64,000 nt of DNA from Hormiphora californensis. Its lineage: Eukaryota; Animalia; Ctenophora. The stretch is taken from the NCBI GenBank assembly GCA_020137815.1, contig CM035356.1:1798001-1862000 (forward strand), given 5' to 3'. A model generated the notes under the pieces. The model ran no database searches, was not told the origin of the DNA, and saw only the letters and a program-made list of their open reading frames with translations. The position numbers and the translations under genes are program-made. Positions 29,785 through 41,519 of this stretch are shown here, one piece after another. Every line of letters starts with the position of its first letter. The first letter of the stretch is position 1.

Positions 29785-30465
29785 GTGAGTTAGTTAGCTA
29801 TTCACGATTGATATCCGCATTTTTGATTTATAAATTTCGGGGCTTTACTTGTGCTGTAAATTTTTCATTTTCGGCAATTTCTCCCATTTCTCATCAAAAA
29901 TCGTGTCATTTTTCCACTTTTTTGCTGATCTTTAAATGTTTGTTCTCTTCTCGCAAAAATTATATCATTACTTTAGCACGTTTTTTTGCAGTCCCGGTTA
30001 TCCACCAACCTTTTTGGAGCTATACAGTGTTACTTTCAAGACTCTGAGGTCGACTAATCGTAACCAACTAGGTTCTTGCCTAGCTCGACCCCTTTTTCGC
30101 AAGCTCCGTCCTTTCACAACTGTAAAGAAGGGTTAGAACATAACAACTAGGTTCAGAGAGTACACCTCATTTTCCCAGCCTGTTTCCCGTTTTCCAATTT
30201 GCGAGTGTGTGTGCGTGTGTGTACGCGCCTGAAGACCTGACTTGAAGATTGAAGAGAGTGAATGTGCCACTTTACGCGCCCTTTCTCTACTTGACTGGAA
30301 CGCGCCAACCCTCGGCTGAGGTATTCTCGGCGCGCGAACGGTCACACTCCACTCTGCGTAGCGTTGCGTAGAGGATTAGCGGCTGTATAGTTTCGCAACT
30401 ACACATGTTTTGAGTGTACCCTAAAACCTAATATATCTGGTAATCTAATCCATTCATTATGTAGC

Positions 30466-30705
30466 ATGGGAGGATCGTGTATACCAGAAAGATGGGAGAG
30501 GTTTACTGCGTTTAATAAACAAGTGAGAGGGACCTGTTTACTGGCAATGAAAACACCTCTAGCAAACCAACTCAACCCAGTGGATCTTATAGCAGCACTT
30601 CGGGTTAGTAGAGACGAGAGAGATTTAGGGGAGTGAGATATAGAAACAAAAGTGTGTGAGAGAGAGGGCGAGATATAAAAAGGTTATGACTGTAAAAGAG
30701 AGAGC

Positions 30706-30744
<39 letters not shown>

Positions 30745-31735
30745 TGCGTGTGAAGTAGGAGAGGTGGTGTACAAAGGGTGTACGTGTGTGTAATAGGGTG
30801 AAGACAAAAAAGGTGTGTATGTGTTTCCTGTATAATACATCTCCTCTCTCTCCTTACAGACTCGAGGTTACCACGTTCGATGCGTTATTGACTTGACCAG
30901 CACAGAATCACTTTACTCAGTACAGGTATCTCCCTCTCTCTATTGCAGTCCCCTACCAAACAAGTCTCCAAACTCCCTTCCAAATTCCTAATTCCCTCAA
31001 TCCTTTCTTCAGCCTCCTACCAAACTCCCCAATTCCCTCTCCAAATCTCTTCCAAACTCCCCAGTTCCCTCTCCAAATCTCTTCCAAACACTTCCCAATT
31101 TCCCAGGAGTTTGCCCATCACGGTATGATACACTACAAAATACCCTGCCCCTCGGACAAACCACCAAGCGAGGAATTTGTTAGTAGGTTCAAAGATATTA
31201 TTCAGACGAGTCCACCTGGTTACACTGTCGGGGTCCACTGTACCTACGGAGTCAACATAACAGGTATCTAGTGTTCGAACCTCCTTCGATTTAATTCAGA
31301 GAGAATTTATTGAGGTACAAACCAGACAGCTATTATACCGGGAAGATCATGGTTTTTCATTAGACCATGTTCTCGCCCGGACCTCTTGTGTAGATTGTTC
31401 ATGCTCGGAAACTTTACTTCCAGGAAGTGTGTAACCTACTAACACATCTCTCACCAACTACAGGCTACATGATATCAAGGTATCTAATCGACTGTATGGG
31501 CCTCACTCCCGAGGACGCGATTAACGAGGTGGACCTGGCACGGGGCCATACCATCGAGCGCATATCCCTGATCGAGGACCTCCTATCTCGAACCAAGGAT
31601 ACAACCCGGAAACGAAAGAAGTTGTACCGGAGTACCATCGCGAGCAGTGCAACCAGTGGGGGTCCAGTGAAGAGCAAGGTTTGCAGTTGCTATACAAGTA
31701 AGCAGAGTCGACTAGAGGAGGTGATGTTTAATTAA
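30466..31735 (+). CDS. DUSP11/PIR-1-like paralog with degenerate P-loop (probable pseudophosphatase)
   Basis: Four in-frame exons 30466-30603 (IPERWERF..LAMKTPL), 30860-30925 (VIDLTST), 31107-31263 (VGVHCTYGVNITG), 31464-31735 (YMISRYLID..ARGHTIER). Confidence 0.88.
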
Positions 31736-32334
31736 TGTTACCAGGGACAAGAGGGAAATACCCTTATAATAAACATGTTTTGAGAGGGTGGTGATATGTG
31801 TCAGGGTTTTGACACGTCTTGTTTGCATCCAGGGACAAGCTCACAAACACTATTACTAAATTACGGCTCGTATTATTCAGCATATCTGCAGTACTAGAGA
31901 GAGAGAGGCGAGGAGTTGTATACGTCATGTGACCTAGATACACATGAGTTATTTGCCATGTTGGACCGTGGATTCACGTGTGACTGATGGGTGATAACAG
32001 GCAACCCAATGACCACTATAATTTACTATTTCCCCACGGTATTTTCTGACAACACACATACTTGACTTACGCGAGATTAACGGGAATCTATCGTAGAGAA
32101 AGGGTAGTAAAAAGAGTAATATAGCTGCATGCAGAGTTGCATGTGCTGAAGCAGCCACGAGATCGAGGCTCATAGACCAGGCGAGAGTCTTTTAATTCAA
32201 TTTATTTTTTCTATAATGACAATTCCAATCCAAACTAAGTTTTTGCGTTTTACTCTTTCTCCCCTCAACTCCCCAGCCCTGTCCACATTCCCCAACCTCA
32301 ATAATACCTTACCCTTGTAGCATGTAACAGATTA

Positions 32335-33492
32335 ATGTCACACTATAACCGTGGTGGAGGTGGAGGTGGAGGTAAGACACCCTCTGGCTGGTTAGACTAC
32401 ACTCCTCTCGGAAGGGAGATTGCTAATACGAGGATTGTGGCCTGCAAAACTCCCCTAAAGAGAGAGATCCATAGGAAGAGGAGTGATGACATCACCAAAG
32501 ACAGGTACAATATACCCCTGTACAATGTACAATATACAGTGTACAATACCCCTGTATATTCTGTTTCTAGTTGTTCATGTGTCATTCCCCTAGATATCGA
32601 GATGCTGTTAACATCTTCCCTTTCTGTTCATAATATCTGACAATATTCGGAAAATGCCGCCACTCACTCACATTCTTCTTCCCATCAGGTTCACCCCTGA
32701 TGATTGCCTGGAGGCTGTCTCATACATGACAGGTGGGAGGAAGTACGTGGGCCTCGTATTGAACCTCACCAACACACCAAAATACTACAACCCACATGAA
32801 TTTGAAAGGTATGTTTTGTGGTAACCATGGTAATCATGGTACAGTTACCTCTAAAATCCCTCCCTCTCAGGTCGCATGTTCATTTCGGTGCGATCAGGTG
32901 TCCTGGACATGTGAACCCTTCAGATGATCTGTTTGAGGTGTTCCGTAATAGTATCTACAATTTCTACCACGATTATCCTGACCCTAATGCCCTGATCCTG
33001 GTTCACTGTACTCATGGAGTTAATAGAACAGGGTACATGATCACCAGGTCAGTGTGAACAAATCAGTATCTCTCTCGCGCTGTTCAATTTGCCCCTTTCT
33101 ATGTTCCAGCTTGCTACTAATAGACAATAGACATGCTTGATCAAGGAAAGACTCCCCCTGACCCCACATTTATTCCAACTAGGTTCCTGATACAATGTGA
33201 GGGTTGGGCCCCCGAAAAGGCAATATCTGCCGTGGCTGATGCCCGGGGATACCCCATCGAACGAGAAAACTACCTTGCACACTTACGAAACCTTGATCGA
33301 CCCAGCACTGACTTCCCCTATGTTGCCTCAACAAAAGATAAAGAAACAGAGAAGGAACGGAGAGCAAAGCATCAAGAATCAGTAATGAACAATTCGAAAG
33401 AAGATGATTTGAGTAGTAAAGATGATGATACAATACAGGGAGGGGAAACAGTTGTACCAATTAGCGCTCAGCCCGACTTTATTGCTCTTTAG
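32335..33492 (+). CDS. DUSP11: RNA 5'-triphosphatase DUSP11/PIR-1
   Basis: Exons ~32335-32503 (PSGWLDY..IVACKTPL), ~32689-32808 (FTP..LNLTNTPKYY), ~32871-33047 (PGH..VHCTHGVNRTGYMI), ~33183-33492 (ARGYPIERENY). Intact CX5R; no guanylyltransferase domain follows, so not RNGTT. Confidence 0.92.
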
Positions 33493-33710
33493 TAGCTACC
33501 GAAATATATTTAATCTGTTCGTTTTGATAGTTTGTTAACTGTATTTTTAATATATCTTATACCTCAATTGATTTCCATTTTCTACTGTTTACTTGGTGAT
33601 GACATCCCCTATTATGTTATAAGCTTCGCGCGGCCCTAGTGGAGGGGTGACCGCGTCACCAAACTGTTTACACGCTACGTTTTGCTAACCAGTTTCCCTG
33701 TTCACTAGAC

Positions 33711-34771
33711 ATGGGAAAGGAGAGGACGAAGGGAGAGAAGGAGATTCGGGCTGCAAATGCAGAAACGTTAAAGTGAGTTTGATATATAACAAATTTCTTG
33801 ACTACATCTATCTGAGGTTGAGTATTAGTGATTCCTTTACCTTATGTAACATCCCCATCAACTTGTGTAACACGACCCTTATAATTACTACAGGTTCTAT
33901 AAGAGTGTGGTTAGTGCTACATTAGTTGTGTACGCAGTAGTCCGGTGGTTCCTTGGCTTCTCGTGGTTCCATGTTTTCATGTCCATCTCAGCAGCAACAA
34001 CCCTCTCCCTCACTTATGGGTAGGTAGTACATGTCCAACATACACACGTATCGGGTTGTAGATGGTCTACACTGGACAGTGGACACTGAAATGTAGATAT
34101 TTCCGATTTCAAAGGGTCTATACAGACTTTCTAAATTGGATTTCCGTGACACACAAACTAAATCTTCGAGCCGGACCAAACCTTTTCAGACCAGTTGACC
34201 CCCCCCCGGCTAACAGTACCAATTGCAGGTCAATGTCCAGTGCGGCAGCGGGAGGGACTGATCTCAACATGGACGGAGGGCTAACAGATTACCTAAAGGA
34301 TATTTTACTTGTCACTGCAGGAGTGACCATTCTCTCTCTTTTCTCCGACTACTGTTGGTGAGTCATTTTACCAATTGTCTGCACATGCGATGTATTCGTT
34401 ATTCTCTGTCTCATATTTAAAGACCGACCTCTCCGCACCGGGCCGTGTAGTGAGGCCGCGTCGCTCGAAGTTACAGCCAGTGCCTTACAAGTTATTCTGG
34501 GATTTCTAATTTGGTTTTGACGCACGGGCATCACACTAAATCCCATTCCCCGTATTCCAGGTACCTGTGGCTGATTATACCCCTATTTGCCCTCGGAAAA
34601 CTCTGGACTGGCATCATTAAACCATGGATATTCGCTCCAGCACCCGAGGAACCTGCAAATATGGGTCAGGATCAGGGCGGACCTCGGAAAGGAATGAGAC
34701 AAACGAAACAGAGGAAGAACGTGGGAGGCAGCACTGGGGGGCAGCCCATGTCTGCTTTTAACCTTAGATAG
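33711..34771 (+). CDS. TMEM208: Transmembrane protein 208 (SND2, SRP-independent ER targeting)
   Basis: Exons 33711-33772 (MGKERTKGEKEIRAANAETLK), ~33893-34019, ~34229-34357 (GGTDLNMDGGLTDYLKDILLVT), 34561-34771 (YLWLIIP..KLWTGIIKPWIFAP). Confidence 0.9.
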
Positions 34772-35133
34772 AACACCTTGGTGTTAATTCAACAAATAAT
34801 TTCAATTTTGATTGTCGAGCTGAGCTCTATAATACCGTGTGTGTGAGTTTATGGAATTTATCTAATATATTGTGCTTTGACATTCTGGTAAACTTATTAT
34901 TATGGGAGTATTTAGGACCAAATTTGCTGTCGGTATAAATGAATCCGCCTCCACCGTGATATCTCCTTTTTCAACTAAACCCTCTAAACCACTCTTGTTA
35001 TCAGTAGCGAAATGTAACGACCCCGCAGAGAAGAGAGCCATATCCAACTATCAGATAGGGTGTCGCATAGCAACCCATCACCATAGCAACCTATCCCCAT
35101 AGCAACCTATCACCATAGCAACCCATCATCGCC

Positions 35134-38100
35134 ATGGCACCATGCAGGAACTGTGGTAGTAGCCAGGTCGATGAGGATGGAGCTTTGGGTTACACCATTT
35201 GTATGGGATGTGGAAACGTACTGGAGGACCAGGTAGATATACTTTACTTTACACCGTCTAGTTAATACAACTTGTGTCTTGTACATAGATCTTGCCGCAA
35301 TGACATCACTGCAGTACCCAATTACAAAAGTGAGAGAGAGATCCTCACCCCCAACTCACCCCCTCAGGTTATAGTGTCAGAGATGGCCTTTGGAGAGGGG
35401 GGTGGAGGTAGGAAGCACTTCATGGGTTCACTGGTGACTGATGATGGAAATGTTATTGGGGGTGGTAACCTGCCCAACAAATTCGGTTAGTTACCCTTTC
35501 TGGGTCACCCTTTCTCGTTTATTATTCCGACAGTCTCAGAGACTAGCTGTCAGCTTGAAGAATACTGAATCAATTCGAATGGCATTACTATACCCTAGGA
35601 AGTAGCTTATAAACTTCTGTATTTGAGTATCCAATCACAGAAAATCTGATCTTGTGTGAGTGAGTTATTTTCAAGAAATGAATTTGATTAGTAGAATAGT
35701 AGTTCAGTAGTTCAGTAGTAACTATCTAGCAGACTAGATAGTTACTATCATTCTGTTTAACAGACTAGATAACCATCCAACCAACCAACCAACCAACCGA
35801 CCAATCACCCGACCAATCACCACACAGGCTGCAACAAGAACAGCCAGAGAAAGATAGTGGAGGAAGCAACTCGAGTTATGGTGTGCATTGCTAACCGTCT
35901 AAAACTCGCCCAACAGCACATTGAAAGTGCAGTGATGTTCTATAAAATGGCTCTAAGGTTAGTGCCCCCGCCCCTGATTAGTGCAGGATGTGAGACAGTA
36001 ATAAAATGATAGACGATATATTCACTGTGTCCCTATTATGAATCATCTCCTAACCACCAACCCGGTCCCGTCCGATTCCCTATTATGAGTCCCCTCCGCG
36101 TCTGATTCCACCCCCCACCCAGTAAGAGGATCCTGCAGGGGAAGAGGAAGTGTCATGTGTGTGCAGCATGTCTCTACATCGTCTGTAGGACAGAGAATAC
36201 CCCACATATCCTCCTGGATTTTAGTGAAATTATACACGTAAGTGCCCCCCCCCCCAACAAGCACACACACCACACGTTACCTCATGTCATCCTAACATTC
36301 CCATCTACCTTTTCAAGCCCCTCCTAATCTTCTAGCCCCTCCTAATCTTCTAGCCCCTCCTTATCCTCAAGCCCCTCCTAATCTTCAATCACATCCTTAT
36401 CCTCAAGCCTATCCTAATCATCCCACCCCTCTCTACAGGAGAACATGTTTAATCTACTGAGAGTCTACACAAGACTATGCCACGCACTATGTATCAAGCT
36501 CCCTGCTGCGGACCCCTGTTTGTTCATTAACAGATATGCACAGAGACTCCAACTGGGTGATAAGGGCGATGTCATCTGTGTTACTGCCATGAGGTGAGAC
36601 TTGAACTTTACCACATTGACCACACTTGTGTGAGAATTGAAATTTACCTCTGGGGTTCAGTGGGGCACTAGGGTATCAATAACTCACCACCCTTGACCCT
36701 TGTGCTCTTTCGTCGGTAGAGCTATGACGGAGCACTGTTAGACACAATTATTGTACTAGAAGACAGCAGATACCACTCTGTCTATTTACTAGCTCTCAAT
36801 AGATCTATTGATTAACTGGCTCTCAATAAATATCGGGCAGCAACTAGTCTACTGGCCAGTAAATGGATAGAGTCTGGATGTTGATACTACTGTCAAGTTA
36901 ATACTGTTGTTTAACAGGCCGAATAACCAAGTAGTACTATACTGCTATGTTATACTTGAAGGAATGAAATTAGTCTTCCTCCTCCTCCTCTCAATCCTAA
37001 TCTAATACCCCCTGGTTCCTTCTCCCCTCAACCCTACTACCCCCCCCCCCCCCCTCAATCCTTCACCTATCAACCCTAATCAACCCTACTACCCCCCCCC
37101 CCTCCTCCAGGTTGGTATCCCGTATGAAGCGTGACTGGATGGCGACAGGTAGAAGACCCAGCTCCCTCTGTGGTGCTGCCCTCGTAGTAGCGTGTAGACT
37201 CCACGGGTGCAGTCGGAACCTCAGCGATATAGCCAAGATTGTCCGGAATAACACCCATACTATATCTAAAAGGTACACTGACACACATCATTCAATTCAT
37301 GTGGATTAGAAGTCCTAATTATTCTATTTAAAACCTAAAGCCCCCTATTTTCAGGTTGCGTGAGTTTTCAGAGACGCCCAGCAGTAAGTTGAGTATTGAG
37401 GAGTTTGAGAGTGTGGATCTGGGGGAGGAGGAGGACCCACCAGCCTACAAGATGCTCAAAATAAGACACAAACAGAAAGAGGTAAATACTTTGGTGACGC
37501 AGTCACCCCTTACACTAGCCGCGCGAAGCGCGGCTAAACGAAGCCTGCGAAGCATAATAGGGGATTTCATCACCAAGTAAATACTGTATCTGTATTGTTT
37601 GGTATCTCCCCTGGATATAAGTGTCTCTCACTGTTTTGTTTCTTCCCGTCCCATTTATTTACAAGAAATCACTTACTGGCGATGGCTGGTTCTCTTGGTT
37701 TTTTTCTTTCTAACCCTCCCTTCACCACTACACGGGGAGTGGTGAGAGAGTGTCAAACAACTCTTGGTAAAATATTCAACGTTTTCCCCTCAGGATGAGA
37801 TTGCGAAGGTTGAGGAAGAGCTGACTTCCTACAAAGATGAGCTGGAAAAGGAGTATCAGGATGCAGCTGTTAACTTGGAGGGAGGTGGGGACTCCTCAAA
37901 TCTATACAGGGCACCTGCCTTTCCAACTAACGAAGGTACGATATTGTTTTCACCAGAGTCCCTCATTAAACAAAGGAAGGTACGATATTGTTTTTTATTG
38001 TGACTTCTCTGCGCTAGCGATCTTGTTTTTGGAAGGGTTAAGGGTACGCTAACCGAAATTTTTTTTCGAGTGCAGGGAAATCTCTCACCGCAGGGTTGTA

Positions 38101-41100
38101 GGCCATGCCAAGGAGACCTCAAATATGCAATTTGAGCTCTCAAGTCGAATTCATATTTTTGCTACAGCTGCTTGAAAAATGAACTGAAAATAAGTTTTTG
38201 GCATCTTAAAAATACATTTGTAAAGATAGGATCATAAAAATTTGTGGATTTGAAGAGGACAAAGAGGTGAGTAGCCACAAAAAAATTTTTTGAAATCCGA
38301 TCTGATTTCCGGTCCTGAGATGGATTTCTTTTTTTTGACTTTAACGCCCTATTTGGCAAAGTTCCGAAAACATGTGAAAGCTGTAAATTGGTGAAAAGTT
38401 GCGTCTAACGATTATCTAAGTGGCCATAAATTTTGGGCGTGTCCTTATTTGAGATAAGCTGTACAGAGTTTTTTTTGTGAAAGCCGTCATTTCAGAAATA
38501 AATAAATTCCCTGTATCTCAAAAACGGCTAATCGTAGAGACCTGAGACTATGCTTAAACGATTCAGAAGGTCCGATTTTGGGGGGGTCTTCTGAGAGACA
38601 CTTTGCTCCTACTTCAACCGTTTTTGCTGTAATTGCGAAAAACAAAAACCCATCTTCGCCATCGTGGATTTTTGTGATTTTGTTTTTGGTGATTATAGGG
38701 ACCCATATAGACCAAATAGTGAAGGAATTAGCTTGTTACACATTTTTCCATAGTTTCGGTCCTTTCTTAGCCAAAATTCCCTAATTACAGGATATTGGTG
38801 TTTAGCTTTTGCCCTTTTCATAGAATTTGTTTTTCGCAATTACAGCAAAAACGGTTGAAGTAGGAGCAAAATGTCTCTCAGAAGACCCCCCCCAAAATCG
38901 GACCTTCTGAATCGTTTAAGCATAGTCTCAGGTCTCTACGATCAGCCATTTTTGAGATACAGGGAATTTATTTATTTCTGAAATGACGGCTTTCACAAAA
39001 AAAACTCTGTACAGCTTATCTCAAATAAGGACACGCCCAAAATTTATGGCCACTTAGATAATCGTTAGACGCAACTTTTCACCAATTTACAGCTTTCACA
39101 TGTTTTCGGAACTTTGCCAAATAGGGCGTTAAAGTCAAAAAAAAGAAATCCATCTCAGGACCGGAAATCAGCTCGGATTTCAAAAAATTTTTTTGTGGCT
39201 ACTCACCTCTTTGTCCTCTTCAAATCCACAAATTTTTATGATCCTATCTTTACAAATGTATTTTTAAGATGCCAAAAACTTATTTTCAGTTCATTTTTCA
39301 AGCAGCTGTAGCAAAAATATGAATTCGACTTGAGAGCTCAAATTGCATATTTGAGGTCTCCTTGGCATGGCCTACAACCCTACGGTGAGAGATTTCCCTG
39401 CACTCGAAAAAATTTTTTGGTTAGCGTACCCTTAATGTTAATGAAATCGGTTCATATTTTGCACATTTCCTAACTGATATATTTCCTCTCCAGTTAGCAC
39501 TAGTGATCAGCAAAGTGCCACCACCCCACCTTCTGACAGACCCACCTCGACTAAAGGCATAGCAACTGCGTACGGGGTTATTCCAGATTATGTTTCTGGA
39601 GAGAGCGGACCTCCTGCAGCACCTCCCTCCACGGTATATATACCACATTTGTTAGTACTACTCATATATTAGCGGATAAAACCCGGCTCTTTTTTATTGT
39701 CCAATTTGCACTCTCATCCGCGGTGCAAACTGAATAGGTATACCCCCCCCCCCCCCGGCCCAATACATTGCGTGTTTCTATTCCCAATACAATGATTGTA
39801 TAGGACCCTGCTGAGCCTAGTCCAAAGAAACAGCGGATAGTAAAGAAAGAGGAGGAGGTGGAGGAGGAGGAGGGTTGGTCTGATATTGATGATGGTGAGA
39901 TCAGCTCTTTTATACTCAAACCCTGGGAGATCGAAATCAAACAGAGGAGGTGAGTTGAGAGTGTCTTCGTGGTACGTTTGAGTTGTTTATAAAATAAAAT
40001 GTACAGTCAGAACATTGAAATTGCTGTGCCTTGTTATACCTCTACGAACTAGAGAACCTGGGATAGTCATTAGTCTCCTTACCATCATATTATCCATTTT
40101 GTTTTGTTACTACCAGTGATTTCAAGTCATAAGAAGAAGAAGAACAAGGGTACAAATTCCCAAATCCCCTTCGCAGATGGCAGGAGGGTGAGTTTGATGG
40201 TTTTCTTGAGGAACGAGAGAAGAAAAGGAGAGAGAAAGAGGAGGAACTGAGAACGAAACCGAAACGGAAATACCGGAGAGTGAAGAGGGCTGTTAATACT
40301 AGTGCAGGGGCTGCTAAGACTCCTGGTGAAGCGATGGAGAAGATGATAAAGGAAAAGAAACTATCTTCAAAGGTATCTTCCTCCACCCCCGTTATGAAAT
40401 TACCCACCCCTATCAGTATCTTCAAAAATACCCCTATTACCTATTTTTTTAGCTCCTTACTCTTTTTGATGGCTATTGCTAAAAAGGCGAATAATATGCT
40501 TTTATGTGATGAATATTATGTTGTCTTTTCCCAATGACACAAATTAACCACCTGTGTGATATGCCCACCTTCATTATTTTGACTTCTAATTAGGATGCCC
40601 TTTATTTTATTTTCCCCGACCCATTGACCATTCCTCCCTCCCCATTTTCCCTTCCTTCCTCGACCACAAACAGTTCTCCCCTTTACATCTCTCCCTCCCC
40701 AGATAAACTACGATGTGTTGAAGAACCTGGGAAGTGAGTGTGATGCAACTATAGCCCGGATAAGAAGGGACACTGAGACATCAATCAGTGATGGAGAACA
40801 GGACGTGAAAGAGAGGAAACGATTCGCTACAGTCGACTCACAGGTACAACAATTCTTCTTCTCTGTCTGTTGGCGCCATTTCTCACAGTGCACTGAGATC
40901 TGCTCGGCGCTGTCAGACAGATTCTTCTAGATTTATTATTCTCTGTAGAGAGAGATTTTTTTTATAGATCCCCTCGCTCCATGCCCAAACCGACAGAAAC
41001 ATGCTACTCCAACCCCCTGTATAAACCCTCCTACAAGACTATATTCCCCCTAGATTATGGAGGAAGGAGAGGAGGAAGAAGAGGAAGAGGAATATTTTAA

Positions 41101-41519
41101 CGAGGGATATAGTGAGAGACTTGCCCTCAACGATGCAATGGGCGCTTTTTGTAAGTGAATTGGATAATAAAACTCTACCTTTAGTAGTCATATATCAGTC
41201 TGTAAAATGTGACTATGATCAACTACTAGAGGAAGAGGTTTATTGTATCTACTAACACATGAACTACGGCCCCATGTACCGGCAAAGATGCGCTATGTGA
41301 TAATTTGTGTCATTTACAGACAATATTTTTATTGTGTTGGTACTTCCCGATAACTACCAGCTAACAAGCTCGAGCATTATACGATACGGCCGGGCCTTGT
41401 TAAATTATATAAAACTTTATCCTTCAAACCCCCGCCCCCTCTTCTGATCCTTACCCAATTGAGTATAATGGTTTCAATTATCCCACTCTTTTTCAGCTGC
41501 TGATGACGAGGATTTGTGA
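35134..41519 (+). CDS. BRF1: TFIIIB subunit BRF1
   Basis: Zn ribbon CRNCG..CMGCGNVLEDQVIVSE; cyclin repeats (AACLYIVCRTENTPHILLDFS; DPCLFINRYA; RMKRDWMATGRRPSSLCGAAL); LREFSETPSSKLSIEEF; EEEDPP; AKTPGEAMEKMIKEKKLSSKINYDVL. About 13 GT-AG exons; last exon reads SADDEDL*. Confidence 0.95.
38042..39431. mobile_element. 1.39-kb palindromic MITE with TTAA TSD and GG..CC ends (Kolobok-like) in a BRF1 intron
   Basis: TTAA|GGGTACGCTAACC ... GGTTAGCGTACCC|TTAA; ~600-bp nearly identical inverted arms (mirror ORFs 38162-38359 and 39114-39311). Confidence 0.9.

Noticed and set aside
32335-33492. mRNA capping enzyme RNGTT
   Set aside because: The ORF ends after the phosphatase domain and a short charged tail; no KxDG guanylyltransferase domain.
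38038-39435. piggyBac element, or duplicated 65-aa genes
   Set aside because: Termini are GG..CC rather than CC..GG; the mirror ORFs simply reflect the inverted arms.
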